A DNA stretch of 63,370 nucleotides, filler included, from Bipalium vagum (lineage: Eukaryota): assembly GCA_037834085.1 (NCBI GenBank). It is 3 parts of 3 records of this genome, joined end to end, with 100 filler letters (N's around TTAATTAATTAA, not from the genome) between each part and the next. Parts side by side here need not be neighbours in the genome. Positions count along the whole stretch, not along the records: positions 41,401 to 63,370 come from JBBMKC010228423.1; 2 more parts are not named here. One strand, 5' to 3'. Of the stretch, positions 44,707 to 57,490 are shown one piece after another; position 1 is the stretch's first letter; the number at the start of each line of letters is the position of its first letter. The position numbers and the translations under genes were made by a program. The notes beneath the pieces are model-generated. The model ran no database searches. It had not been told where the DNA came from and was given only the letters and a program-made list of their open reading frames with translations.

Positions 44707-45170
44707 TGTAAGGGTTTGGTTCGACGCTTACTGCGAGATCTAATCTCGAAAATATGAAAATGCTAACATTATTAATATAGGTTAGAACTGTCGCCTAGAG
44801 CGAAGCAGAATCGAATTGTCAAGAAAACAAATAAAAGAAATAAGAAGATTAATAAAAAGAACGCATTGCAGAGTATTTGCTCTGAACACGTTAATGATTA
44901 ATTACTTATTTAGAATTCCCTCAAAAGAGATCGATGAACAATTTAAATAGCTGAAGCGTATTTATTACCTTTTACCAGCTTAACTTGTCGGAGCGAAGTT
45001 AATTGCGAATTAAATGAGAAAACCAAGAGCTTTTATACTCCTGATTTTCACATTTCTGATCTCTTGATTGGTGAAAAATAAAACTTTCCTTTAATAGAAC
45101 AATATGGGGTTTTTGCTATTTTAGGAAAGTTTTTATGTTATAGAACTTACTAAATATAGCCTCCCTCATA
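44707..45170 (-). mobile_element. Probable solo LTR (about 465 bp)
   Basis: Ends TGTAAGGG and CCCTCATA (near-inverted); flanks TAAAT/TTAAT (4/5 match, candidate TSD). On the minus strand CCAAT (45071), TATAAAAG (45037) and AATAAA (44966) occur in U3-R-U5 order. Confidence 0.45.
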
Positions 45171-48100
45171 TTAATATTTTTTCATATTAACGTATTTTTA
45201 GTAAGTTTTATTTTCTAATTTATTATTATTCATTATTACTCATTATAATTATTCTTATCAATTTTGTGGGTTAAGTTTTAATTAACTTCAACCCACAATT
45301 TATATTATTATTATTTTATTTATTTATATTAATTAAAACGAATATATATTATTATTTTTTTATAAAATATAATATAGAATATAAAATGACATGAAAATAG
45401 TCAAAATATAAAAGAAAGTAAGCCTAACAAGGCGTTTTCATGCAAATATTTAAAATCAAAATGTAATCAAAGTGTTTATTAATTGTCAATAATGAGCTTT
45501 GGAGAATCCTCCTCATCTAGCAGTAGCTGTTCCGGCTTTAAATTTGAGTTGATTGATGCTGGGACCTTTTTTTCTATGGATCCCAACACAATTAATATTT
45601 TAAAAAAACTAATTTAGAACACTTTTTAAAAAATATTTGTTCCATACACAATTTTTACAAAAGATAAAATAATAAAACTCGATGAAAATGACAAAATTAT
45701 TTTTATTTAGTCTTAGATCAAAATGATAACTATTTAATTATAAGAAGAACTCATCTACAATAGGAAGGGTGTAGATACCCTGAAGGAAAAATAACCAGTT
45801 GGATGACTAATTCACAAGACCGTAGATGCCAGAATATGAAAAAAGAAGAAACTGGAAATATTAATTGAACAAAAACAGAAGCGGGAAATGATATTCACGT
45901 TCTGCGTAATAAGATTAATTAGAATTTGTGAAATTGATAATTCACTTACACTTTTCATTTTTGCTAAACGAGTTAGACGAGTTATGATAAACTCAATATT
46001 CTTTCTGAGTTCTAATAAACCAATTAGTTTCAAATTTATCTATTAGTTACTATAAACTAATTTCTAAGATTTTTGAAAAGACAATATTGTGAATTTCAGT
46101 GGCCTATTTAAACTATTTTTTTGAACCTATTTATTCTTATTAATGTCATGTATAATTTTATTATATGACTTTATTTCACCTATTTTTAATGATGTCATTT
46201 ATAATATTATATTATATTGCACTAAACGAATTTTCAAGTTTCCCTAGTGACTCTCGATTTGTGCTGATTTTTGATTGAAATTTGATTAATTATTTTGCTT
46301 GTTTTGTTCAATTAATAACATTTTTCGTTTTTTTAAGGATTAAGAACAAAGGGATATTACGGTCTAAGGGTTAAGGACTTGTGAAAGTTAGAAAAAGAGC
46401 ACCATAGACCTAAACAACTTCAAGTGATCCTAGTCATACTTTAATGCTTATTCTTTATTTTAAAATGTAATCTCAACCTTTCATACTTTTAACATTTTAA
46501 TTTCAAGTACCATTGACCAAATCATTCATCACTTTAAAAGAACATTAAACGTAAGTACTCACTTGAATTGTTATGAGAACTTCAGTGACACTGATTTATG
46601 TTAATAACAAAATAATATTTAATAAAAGCAAAATTAATTAAGATAGAAAAGAACTTTGTGAAAATTATATTTTTCAGTTCTTATCTTGTTATACCTGAAG
46701 CCAATATATCAAAGCTAATTCGTTGGGAATAAGGTTGTAAAATATTGTAAAAATATATAAAAATCAATGAATTTAATATCAATATTTATTTATTTATTTA
46801 TTTAATGGTGCTAAGACTGGAGTATTTATTCTATTTTTTGTTAAAATAATATTACAGAACTAAGACATTTTTCTTTTATAACTATTGCGTAATTTTTCTT
46901 TATTGTAATATTTTTATGCTCAATTTTTTTCTTTTTAGAAAACATATTTTATTTTATTTTATTTTATTGTTTCGTCATGGAATGATTTATTGTTAATGCC
47001 ATTTGTACTTTTATCATATATTTTCAAATTAAATCATTTCAAATAATATTTTACGAGTCTTAAAGTTTCCTATTATTTTATTATTTATATTTTTTTCATT
47101 TTCGCTGAAGACGTCATCTATTTTAAACGTTATTTTGAGTGTGAATTATAAGTAGTATATATAAGAAATATATATTATATGAAAACGTTATCAATTTTTC
47201 CAAACAATCTCAATACTTATTCAAAATTGCTGAAAGCGAAAAATGTACAGATATGATAAGATAAAATAAAGTTTACCAAAGTGCAGATTGCGCTTTGTGC
47301 TTTGATTAATGGTATGGTAAAAGGTATGTCAAAAACGACTTTACTATTGAATACAATGTAAAAATTTTAAATGCAATTTTAACACTTATCTTAGCAAAGG
47401 TCCCTTAATATAGTAATAGATTACGTCTAAGCTCGGCATTTATTAATGAAACGACATGTAAACTGAAAACCAGCGAGGAACCCTGTGAAATGGGTTTCAT
47501 TTTACCAATAATGTTATTTGTCTTTATTAAAATACATTTGAGGACTTATTGAGACCATTCCCTATCAACACTAAACAAGTTCACCAGGAAAAACATCTAA
47601 AGAACGATAATAATAAAAGATATTATTAATAATATAAACATTATTTTAAAAAATTTTAAAAAATAATATAAAATATTAATAATAATAATGGGTCTCATTT
47701 CTGAACAAGGATCGATTATCATTATATTCCGTATAAATGTGTGTGTCCTCTTTGTTCAATACGGAATGGATCAGGTAGGACAGGATGAGATTATTTATTA
47801 TTATTTTTTTCAAAGGGAAATTGAAAATTTTTAAATAAAAATTAAAGAAAGAGGTTTCAGTTTTTTTTTCAAACCATTGTTTAAGCTTTGGTTTCTTTCA
47901 TTAGTTTAGTAAAAGACATTTGTTTATTATTATTTAACTCAACCTTTGAATTTGATCTATTTTCTATGAAAAAGTTCCATTTCCATTTTTAACTCAGTGT
48001 TAATAGGAGAATCCTCCATGGATTTGAGATTGTATTCATTACATCCATACGTAATACTGGGCAGCCTCGTGTGGATAACGAATGTATTTTTAAATACCTA

Positions 48101-49494
48101 TTTTCTTTAAATCCGAGAAAGAATTGATTATGTTCTTTTGATCTTATTTTTATTGCAAATGAATTCACAAATTCGATAACTTAAAAGTTGTTCTTATGAT
48201 CTCAGTTTCGTAGTTTTTTTCCTTTTATCGCTTCGGTTGAGTAAATTTAAGATAACTTCGTGAATTTCGATCTTATTTATGATGAACCAGATCTCTTATC
48301 TTTTTCTTCACTCTATCAATTAACCCTATACCAATATTGATTTGTAGAAATGAGATATGAGGTCCACAGAGTTTCTTGAAAAAAATATTCTTTGCAAAGA
48401 GAAAATATAATGAATCTTCATTACAGGATGGGATATCCCAACATTTAAATCAAATATTAAACCCGTGAGGTTTTCATACGGACATATCGTAACGATTATT
48501 TTTTATAAAAAAATTACTAAATATAAAATAATATTTTATACAATTTTAATTTTTTTATAATTAATATTTTAAAATTTAATAAATACGAATTCTTTAACTG
48601 AGAACAATTATTTGAGCATTATAAAATTTTCTAAATTTTCATAAAAAATTAAATAATATTAACCAATAATAAATTATGATTAAAATAAAACAAATTAATA
48701 CAATCATAAAAATCATTATTGATTTTAACGATAATTATTGATAAATCAATGCAATTATATTTATTATAATTCAATATTAATAATAATTTTAAAAAATATA
48801 AAATATGTAGAAATGGAGAAAAAGAACCAGATAAAAATAATATTAATTTCACAAATAAAATAAAATAAAATATAATAATATTATAAAAAATAGTTTCAAG
48901 AACAAAGGGAGTTAATAATTTGAAGACATTTAAAGTTATTTTCATATGATATATAAGATGTGGAGACCCGTTAGATATTTGATAACATTTACTATACTGT
49001 AATGTGAAAATATAAATAAAAAATGTATCGATATTTTATTGTTATTATAGTGTGAAAATAAAAATAGTGTGAAAACCGGTTGAAAATTGTATGAATTCAT
49101 AAAAAAGAATATATTTGGTGAAAAATAATAAAAGTGAAATAAAAAAAATAGCTTAAATTTTAAAAATGTGGGAGTAGACTGTGATTGATTAGGACCACCT
49201 CACAAGTCACGACTTACAGACAAATATCTTTACTTCGAATATGAATCGTACCTTCTTTTGCGGAATAGGGTAGATTAAGTCTGGCTTTAATAAATTAACC
49301 TTTAAACTGTTTTATAATGTCTACTAAATATAATGTAGCAACTAGCATGACTGGTAGGAGTATCATGTTTTTTCCTCCGATCAATTACACATTATCCCAG
49401 ACGCTATTCCACACCCTGCCCGTAATAATCATTAACTTTACCTAATTTGTTTCTTATTGAATTTATAAAGTTAAAATTAACAATATGTAAACAT

Positions 49495-50588
49495 ATGAGG
49501 GCGAATCAAAAACTTCCCAGAAAAATAATACAAATCAAAGCAAGACATAATAAAAAATATTTTTCGAAAATATTTTTTTTTTGAACCATTTAACTCAAAA
49601 CATTTTTCCATATCGTGTCATCAACGTTCTAAATCATTTCTAAAACAATTTTGAACCTTTGATTTGAACCATATCAAAAAAACTATTTTAAAAAATGACA
49701 TACAATATTGAATTTTGTCGTGTAATCAAATTCCACCAAACAAGTAGCCAAGACATTACTACTGTTTACAGGTGTTGGTATCTTTTGACGAAGTTGTTCT
49801 TGCATTTCGTCAATTTCGGAACAGTATTTATCCCTTGTTATTGTTTCACCACTTTCACAAGGAAGCTGTAGTAGATTACGCCCGTACAACACCACCAGAC
49901 TGTAAACAGTACCTTTTTTGAAAACAAATTTGGTTGGGCACTTGTTTCGCTAATTCATTTTTATTTAACCATTACGCACTTCTTTTACGGTTATCATATA
50001 ATATCCATTTTTCATCGCATGTAATGATCGTGATAAAAATGGTTCAAATTTATTTCTTAGAATTAATGAAAAGCAAGTTTGATATCTCTGAATTTTTTGA
50101 ATTTCATTAAGGTGATGAGGCGTTTTTCCATTTTTTAACTTTTTCAATTGCTTTCAGATTACGTGAAACAGTGGCTATGGATATATAACTCTTCTGCAGC
50201 CTCCCTAACTGTAATTTGAGTATGTGATTCAATCAACTGCTTCAATTGATCATTGGAAAATCTTTGGAACCAAAAACAAGTAGTGCGTTCCGAAACCGAA
50301 CCTTCTCCCCAAGCTTGGTTAATAATTCGCGTTTCTTCTGTTGCATTATGGCCACGTTTAAATTTGTAAAGCATAATTTCTTCGAAATACATGTCACGAT
50401 TACTTAATTTCACCTCCTGAGATTCAAAAATCTTAAAGTATTAATAGACAGTTATAATTATATGATAGAGAAATCTAAAATCTTCGATTTAATATATTAA
50501 ATTAGACAATTCAAACTATTTTTTAAATAAAAAAATGCATTAAAAAATAGTTGATAAAAAATCGGCAATTTCATATGTAAGAACCTAA
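49495..50588 (-). mobile_element. Composite mariner relic: cecropia-like 5' part joined to a differently ended 3' terminus
   Basis: 5' TIR TA-TTAGGTTCTTACATATGAAATTGCCGATT; IMLYKFKRGHNATEETRIINQAWGEG, GETITRDKYCSEIDEM. The left end has a TA-TGAGGGCGAATCAAAAACT terminus and EKCFELNG. Confidence 0.85.
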
Positions 50589-50599
50589 TATTAATCAAC

Positions 50600-51480
50600 T
50601 GCAGGATGGTTACAAGAGTGAGTGCTCTTGTAAATCAGCAATTTATAATTGGATTAGCGAATTCAAAAGTGGCTGTACTAGTGTTTTAATTCGGAGAAGT
50701 CGGGCAGACATGTTGAATTTGGAGATGAGAAGAAAGAAATCATACAGCAAATCATCATTACAGACTGTCATATTGTCACGAGAGACCTTCGCAACGTCTA
50801 AACATTTCATAAGTGACATTGCATATGTTGCTGCATGAAATGGGCTTTAGGAAGCTGGGTTCACGATTTGTGCCATGATCTTTCACAGGTGATATGTAGC
50901 AACTCCGACTAAAGTGTTGTCAGAAAAATTTGGAGATCTACCAGGAAATAATTCTAAAATACTAGAAAATAATAACATAATCACGGAAGATGAGACACCT
51001 TTGGACTTGTATATACCGGAAAGTGAAAGCGAATCTGAGGAATGGAAGATACCAGATGAGAAACCAAAATTAAAAAATAGAACACGAACCTCTCATAAAA
51101 ATGTCTGATGTTGAAAATCTTTTTGGATATGAAAGGCATTCTAAGTGTCGATTTTGTTGCATCTTATGTCAAAATCAATTCAGAATATTATTTAGAATTT
51201 ATAAAGAAAGTAAGAGGAAAATGGAAAAAAGAGAAAAGACTGAACTGTAGCTCTTTCATGATAATGCCCCAATCCACACATCCCATCTGACAAAAGCAAC
51301 AATTGATTCATGACAATTATCACTCGTTCCTCACCCACCACAAAGTCCTGATCTCACTCCTAGTGACTTTCACTTCTTCCGACAACTGAGGAAGGATTTG
51401 CGAGGAAATTGATTTGATTGCGCCTTTGATTTGCAGTACTGTCACGGATTTGCTCAAATCGTACACCAAATTTTTTTATG
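50600..51480 (+). mobile_element. Decayed mariner (irritans/vertumnana-like)
   Basis: IYNWISEFKSG, MGFRKLGSRFVP, IITEDET, HDNAPIHTS, VPHPPQSPDLTPSDFHFFRQLRKDLRG. Confidence 0.88.
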
Positions 51481-52799
51481 AAAAAGATATATAAATATAT
51501 TTTAAAATTTCTATTTGTTCATTTGTTAAAATGTCACCATCAATCTCACAACAGACCTAGTAAAGTGTGGAAAATATAAAAAATAGCAAATATAAATAAA
51601 AGATATTAACCCTTAATTAAACTTGATATAAGATTTAATTTTATTAGAAAAGAAAAGGATTTGATTTAAAAACATTTTTAATAGTTTCCCTTTAAATCAA
51701 ATTTACTAAAATTCCGGAAGCCAGAAATCATCCTACACTGTCGGAACACGTCATAGTGAAGTGGAATAATAAAATATTCAGAAAGTTGGCTGTAAAAAAA
51801 TAAAGGTTTTAATAGATAGCCCTTTCTTAACATAATGCAATAATAAGAAAAATTAATAAAATCATAACGGAGGCTGGTTTGTCACGGGCAACTTGGAATA
51901 CTTAGTTTCCCAGACAAACCTCACAAGACTATTTTGATTACTTATTTTTATTCCCAAATTAGATATTTTCTCATATAAATGTACAGATAGATTTAATGAT
52001 TGATCTTCACTCTAATATTGTGGTGGTACCCTGAAATTTTCCTTTTATTCCACTTTTGTTCATTTTCACCTTCCAGTATATTGACTCCCTTTTATTACCT
52101 ATCCATTCTTTTAGCTGGCATAAGACCAACCGAGTTTATCACTGTTCTCTCCACAAATCACTCATTATAATTAAAATCTCTACTAATCATTTTGCTTCTC
52201 TATAAGATATTCTAATATTTCTTTTAATTTAAACTCTTTTCTCTTAATCCATTATTTCTAAAACCTTCCTTTTTTGATTCCTAGACAAGGTAATAGTTAA
52301 TTACATAATTTGTATATTAAATTTAAACGTAAAAGTTTCCCAGAATGATTAATATCAAAAACTGTTTTAGAGAATTTATGGTCATTTCACAGGATCACTG
52401 TGGAGAAATCGAATCAAAGTTGAATTATTCGATACAAAGATTATATTTGAAATGTTTCATAATCAAAGTCAGAATTTGTCATAGGTGAAGTAGATTATTC
52501 GTTCGTAGCCAGACACTATCACACTTCAGTCACGACAGCTGATCCGTTTACACACTGAATGGGGGAAATTAGACAAAATGTTTTGAAACGTTATGTGCAT
52601 TTACCAAATATATTTGTCTACATTAACCACACCTCTTTCTTTCTTCGCACCGTATCAATTATGTTTATTACCGATCTTCCAGGAATCTTTGTATTTTCTA
52701 TGTTAAATCGACATTACGTACTCTCATAGATTGACGAATATGGTTTTCGATAACAAAGTTCGTAAGTTAAATCCAGAAGTTTTAGAATATTTTTATAGA

Positions 52800-53120
52800 A
52801 GCATTAGATCTGGGTTAAACTTGTAACAAAATAGGTCCATGTATATTTCACGATTACACAAACTGTTTCTTGATATTTGGATGAATTTTGTCAATATAGT
52901 ATCAATAGGTATGCGAAGTTTTGGCTTCACCAGTTGGCAGGTACAAGTAATCAATAATAACTCGAACATCCATTCAAGCTGATTTCTTTGAAAGAGAAGA
53001 ATGATTTGGAACACATTAGGGGATTAACTTTTGTCAACCCATTGGTGGGATATTTTGTGATTTTCGTAGGTTTATTTTTCATCACACGTTACCATTTCGT
53101 CAAGGACTCGATCTAATTTG
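52800..53120 (-). mobile_element. mariner fragment
   Basis: LDEMVTCDEK*TYENHKISHQWVD. Confidence 0.65.
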
Positions 53121-53189
53121 TTCATATATCGTAACTATTTATTTTTATTTAATTTTAATGTTTTTAAATCTATCTTCTGTCTATGAATG

Positions 53190-53520
53190 AAACCATTGGC
53201 AATGTTCAGCACACTTTTCAACCAGACGAACTAAAATCGCGGTCTCTAAAAGATGAATTGATAATCGCAAGCCTAACATAACACTGAATGTATAACAAAA
53301 AGTTTCAGAATTTTGATGGCATGTCTTCAGTCACCTTGTATTATCTTCTGATATTTCTCTTCCAGATTATCATCTTTTTCGTTTCTTACATAATGGTTCA
53401 GTATCAAAATTATTTCAATTCAGGACACTCAAAAGAAATTTTTAAAAGTTGAAACTGTCCATGAAAGATAATATTTTTTCAGAGTCCAGATGTAAACAGT
53501 ATAAATTTATTGACTCAAAA
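53190..53520 (+). mobile_element. mariner C-terminal fragment
   Basis: WHVFSHLVLSSDISLPDYHLFRFLHNG (WEVLPHPPYSPDLAPSDYHLFRSL). Confidence 0.6.
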
Positions 53521-55219
53521 GAATTCCAATTTACCATTATGCAATAATAATTAAAAAAAAACAATTCTCGTGAATATAGAGATATTAATGAGAATATAAA
53601 ATACCCTTGAAGGTATTTTCATTATTAGTGTAGTGACAGAGGTTTTTACATTTCATAATATTTTCAAATTTGTGACTGTTTTATCCTTGATGTTTAATAT
53701 TAAATACATTATTTTTACTTGTATTTATTTATTATTTTTATGTTATATTATATAAATATTGATAAGTAATATATAATTATTTCCGTCTAACAGAAATACA
53801 CAATATTTCAAAATATTGCACTAGAATGAAGTAGATACAAAATTTTATATGATATCTTAAAACAAACTATAATAGTTTTAAATTATATTTGACTCAGAGA
53901 TAAGCAAAAGCATAGTTCCAATTTAAACAAAATGTTATCTTAGTCCTTCGACACAAATTCCATCTTTGACTTTCGCCAAAGATTTCCGAATTCACCGCAA
54001 AGTCCATCCGTGTAGGTCGAAATGTTAAGATAATTTCTAATGGGAAGCACTTAACTTTGCAACCTACAATATTTTTTTCAACCAGAATGTGATTGATATA
54101 AAATATTAAGATCTCCATCATAATTTTAATTAAATCATGTACTTTCAGTTCATATTCCAATCCTTTTATTTAGATAACCACTGATGAATATTATTTATTG
54201 AGGTAATAAATATGCCAATTGAAAAGACTATCAGCCTATTATGGAAATATTAAAAGGAATTGATTTTATAACGGCACCCCATGACCTGTTATAAAATCAT
54301 CATAAAAATATGTTCTAAATTTTTACTTGAAAATATTAAGTATATCAAATTGGAAAAATAATCCATACTTTTCCAATTCGTTCATTAAAAATAATAAAAT
54401 ATATAGATTTCAGATTCCAAATATCATTATTGATAAGTCGATTAATCAATTTAATAAAAGAAAATAATTGTCTTATTTTTAGTTTACGAAAGGAATTTCT
54501 AATTTTTTTTGAAGGCAGCAGTTTTGTTTGACAAAAGCAAAACATCAAACAAACAAATTGCAATCAATGCTTATTTGATATCTTAAAAGCCAGTATATAA
54601 CTGAGTCGACCCCCTTAATAACATCACTTAAGTCTTCTCAATCACACTATAGAATTTGTTCTATTTGAAACCATGTTGACATGTCAACATTTCAATTAGT
54701 ATGAAGAGAGTTTAGTCGCTAAAATGAGTATTATGTCGGAGAGATGGTGGTTGGAGAGCTACCAAAAGAAAGATGAAAATCCCATTCGACTCAAAGCGCT
54801 GTTTTATAAAAACTGAAAGTTCACTGCAAACTCCAATCAATTAGAATAAATGATAAAAATAATAATCACACGGTTTTACACAAGTGAAATTCAAATAGAT
54901 TCTATGTCAATATCCTCTTCAATGATAATGTTTTCTTTTCCATTAGGATCTGGAGAGTTCATAGTTCCTCTGTTCGATGTACAAAGACCAGGCCTGGTTT
55001 TCTTGATAGAGTGTTGTTTCTGGAAAACATTACACGTTATACTTTATATAAATAATGTAACAATTTAATTTATTATTATTATTAATAATAATATTATTAT
55101 TTTATTAAAAATATCGATTTAATTTATAGAAAAATATGATAAAACATTTAGGAAATTAGAAATTAACTTAACAAATTAAGTATTTCTTTGGAGTAAAATA
55201 AAAATATGAAAAATTCCAT

Positions 55220-56293
55220 TTACATTAATTCTCTTACTTTGTAAGTTTTCTCTGGATATAAAGATTTCTGTTGTTTGGTGGACACTTGTAAGTCTCTATG
55301 TAAAACAGTGCCCAAAACTAACGGATCAACGCCTTCGTGAGTCTTTTTATGCTTAGCTAAGTGATCACTTCTCATGAAACGTTTAAAGCACAATGGACAA
55401 ACAAAACGTTTTTCTCCCGTATGCGTTCTCATGTGTCTTTGAAGCTCATCAGATCTGGTGAAAGATTTGGAACATAAATGATAAGTACAGACAAATGGAC
55501 GGTCATTATTGTGCCATCTGATATGAGCTTTTAAATGACTAGTTTTCCCATAGGTTTTGTGACAAATGTAACATATGTGAACCTTTTTCGCTCCGTTAAG
55601 ATTGGATCGAGAATTTAGGCCTTGGTGACAATTTGGACATGTACACTTTTGACATTTTCGTTGGCCGATTTGTGGAATGTTTGTTCTGCTCGAAGAAATG
55701 GGTATTTTGTTTTGACTAGTTAATAAAGCAGATATGTTTGGTGGAGGACTGTTGTTTTTCATATTATCAATTGAAGAATAATCTAAGCTAAAATCTTTAC
55801 AGGCTAATAGATTCGGGAGTGTATATGGAGAAGGAAAGCAATTTACAGATCTGCGGAAAAAGTGATCAACACAATCTTCAACGTTTTGAGATGAGAGAGA
55901 ATTTAGTAATTGGATTTGATTTTTAGAGTCCATTGAGGTGAGCTCAATGCAAGGCTTTCTGGCTATAGGTCTGATCGGAGTATTCTGACAAGGATTGGAT
56001 ATTATTGAATTTACTGGAGCCGATTGTTGACTATTGGTGATCAGACTTTGATTGACGAAAAACTTTTCCGTTGTCCTTTGAAGTGCCGCCATTTCAGGAC
56101 TTTGCCAGAAATCGTTGGAATTGATGACAAATCTGTTGGAGCAATTTGTTTGAGACTGCAAATAGCTCATATCGATGGACGGAGGGATTGGACCTGGCAC
56201 AATATGAGATGATTTGTTGGGAAAGAATCCTTGGGAATTTGGCAATATTTGAAAAGCCGTTGGAATGTTAATGATAGCTGGTCCAGAATTCAT
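55220..56293 (-). CDS. Sp5: Sp5/buttonhead-like transcription factor (Btd box + three C2H2 fingers), about 357 aa, single coding exon
   Basis: Long ORF with Btd box [11 protein letters not shown] and fingers ..[14 protein letters not shown], ..[41 protein letters not shown] (LAKH and the R-rich Btd box favour Sp5). A strong acceptor ttttttgcag sits just before acaATG (56293), and a candidate donor GTAAGT at 56640 suggests a non-coding first exon. Confidence 0.9.
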   Translation of the reverse strand: MNSGPAIINIPTAFQILPNSQGFFPNKSSHIVPGPIPPSIDMSYLQSQTNCSNRFVINSNDFWQSPEMAALQRTTEKFFVNQSLITNSQQSAPVNSIISNPCQNTPIRPIARKPCIELTSMDSKNQIQLLNSLSSQNVEDCVDHFFRRSVNCFPSPYTLPNLLACKDFSLDYSSIDNMKNNSPPPNISALLTSQNKIPISSSRTNIPQIGQRKCQKCTCPNCHQGLNSRSNLNGAKKVHICYICHKTYGKTSHLKAHIRWHNNDRPFVCTYHLCSKSFTRSDELQRHMRTHTGEKRFVCPLCFKRFMRSDHLAKHKKTHEGVDPLVLGTVLHRDLQVSTKQQKSLYPEKTYKVRELM

Positions 56294-56894
56294 TGTCTGC
56301 AAAAAACGAAACACGATTATTTTTTAATTATAAACTAAAGAAATGTTGAAATTCGTCTCAAACAGATTTATGGGTTTGGGCGCCAACTCTGAGATTCCTT
56401 ATTATGTTGAGTAGTTGGAATGTCAATTTCTTGACAATTTACACTTGTCATTTCCTGCTCTCGTCAATAATCGACTTGCAGTTTTTCTTCATACATATTG
56501 CCATTGTTGTTATGTGGAAATTATTTCATCAGAAACTGTGAACCGTTAAAACAAGAAAAGATTCACACATTTATTTTTCAATGAATTTTATTAAAGAAAA
56601 AAGTAAAAGTTTCCCACTTAAAAGAACAAAAAGGACTTACTTCAAAATGAAAAACGTTGATTTGATTGATTGACTAATTGATTAATGAACTGTTTGCTTG
56701 GATTGATATAATTGTTTCCGAACAAAATAAACAAAAACCCCGTTAAACTTTGTCGCTGTTTTAAAATAATATTAATAATAATAGGCCAAAAGACAAGATT
56801 TCAAAACAAGAACATGAAATCATAATACTAAACAAGCTATATATGGATCATTTATATATGGTCGCTGTTAATTTGAACGATTTTGTAAATTAAA

Positions 56895-56910
56895 ACGACC
56901 AATCACAGAG
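56895..56910. promoter_or_regulatory. CCAAT box (NF-Y type) in the putative Sp5 proximal promoter
   Basis: GACCAATCACAG with CCAAT at 56899-56903, about 260 nt beyond the candidate first-exon donor at 56640. Confidence 0.35.
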
Positions 56911-57297
56911 CAGCAAACGCAAGATGAGGCCTTATTATTATTCCAGCTGTGGAAAGTACAGCATGGCTAACAGGCATTTTATTGCTAATATAGACGAATA
57001 CATACGTCGTAAATATTCACACATACCTACACGAACCGACAAAAATGCACGCATGTATTCAAAACTACATGCACACATGTGAAAATATATTTCAACATAC
57101 AATCAAAATCATTGACACACACAGTCCAACAGACCCATCCAAAAATTTTCGTGTACGTGTGCATTTCTGTCAATGTCTACATGTATAACTGTGTGGTTTG
57201 AGTTGTTTCATGAATGTGTATATGTGTGTTCAATCGTGTATGTATGTGATAGAGATCATGCAAAACTATGAAATTTTCTAATCATAACTTTATCATT

Positions 57298-57490
57298 CAG
57301 ATCAAAGTAGGCGTACCGCTCCAGAGACATAAAAACCGGCTGCAGAGAGGCGGGACCGGCATCAAAGACCGATTGAGAGAGAGCGGGTTATTATTTGTAT
57401 GCCGGTATCTAGCTAACCAATTAAATCAGGTGGTTACGATGGCGGCGTCATCAAAGTGACTCTTTGATCTCTTGATATGCACCGCCGATC
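57298..57490. promoter_or_regulatory. Candidate Wnt-responsive element: 4 TCF/LEF HMG sites plus GC-rich Helper-like sites upstream of Sp5
   Basis: ATCAAAG at 57301, 57361 and 57450; CTTTGAT at 57462. TGGCGGC (=GCCGCCA) at 57440, ACCGCCG at 57481, and further RCCG/CGGY words at 57315, 57335, 57355, 57368, 57401 in an otherwise CpG-poor sequence. Confidence 0.7.

Noticed and set aside
38572-55000. Search for gelsolin G3 exons and MAPKAPK2 C-terminal exons (LCGYPPF, HPWI)
   Set aside because: Not found by eye on either strand; probably in gaps or outside the window, so truncation or pseudogene status is not claimed.
56024-56212. ORFs antisense to real genes (also 38303-38497, 32155-32337)
   Set aside because: Shadows of the Sp5, gelsolin and mariner coding strands.
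57268-57459. 63-aa ORF over the GC-rich patch
   Set aside because: No recognisable protein; the GC content is better explained by TCF/Helper motifs.
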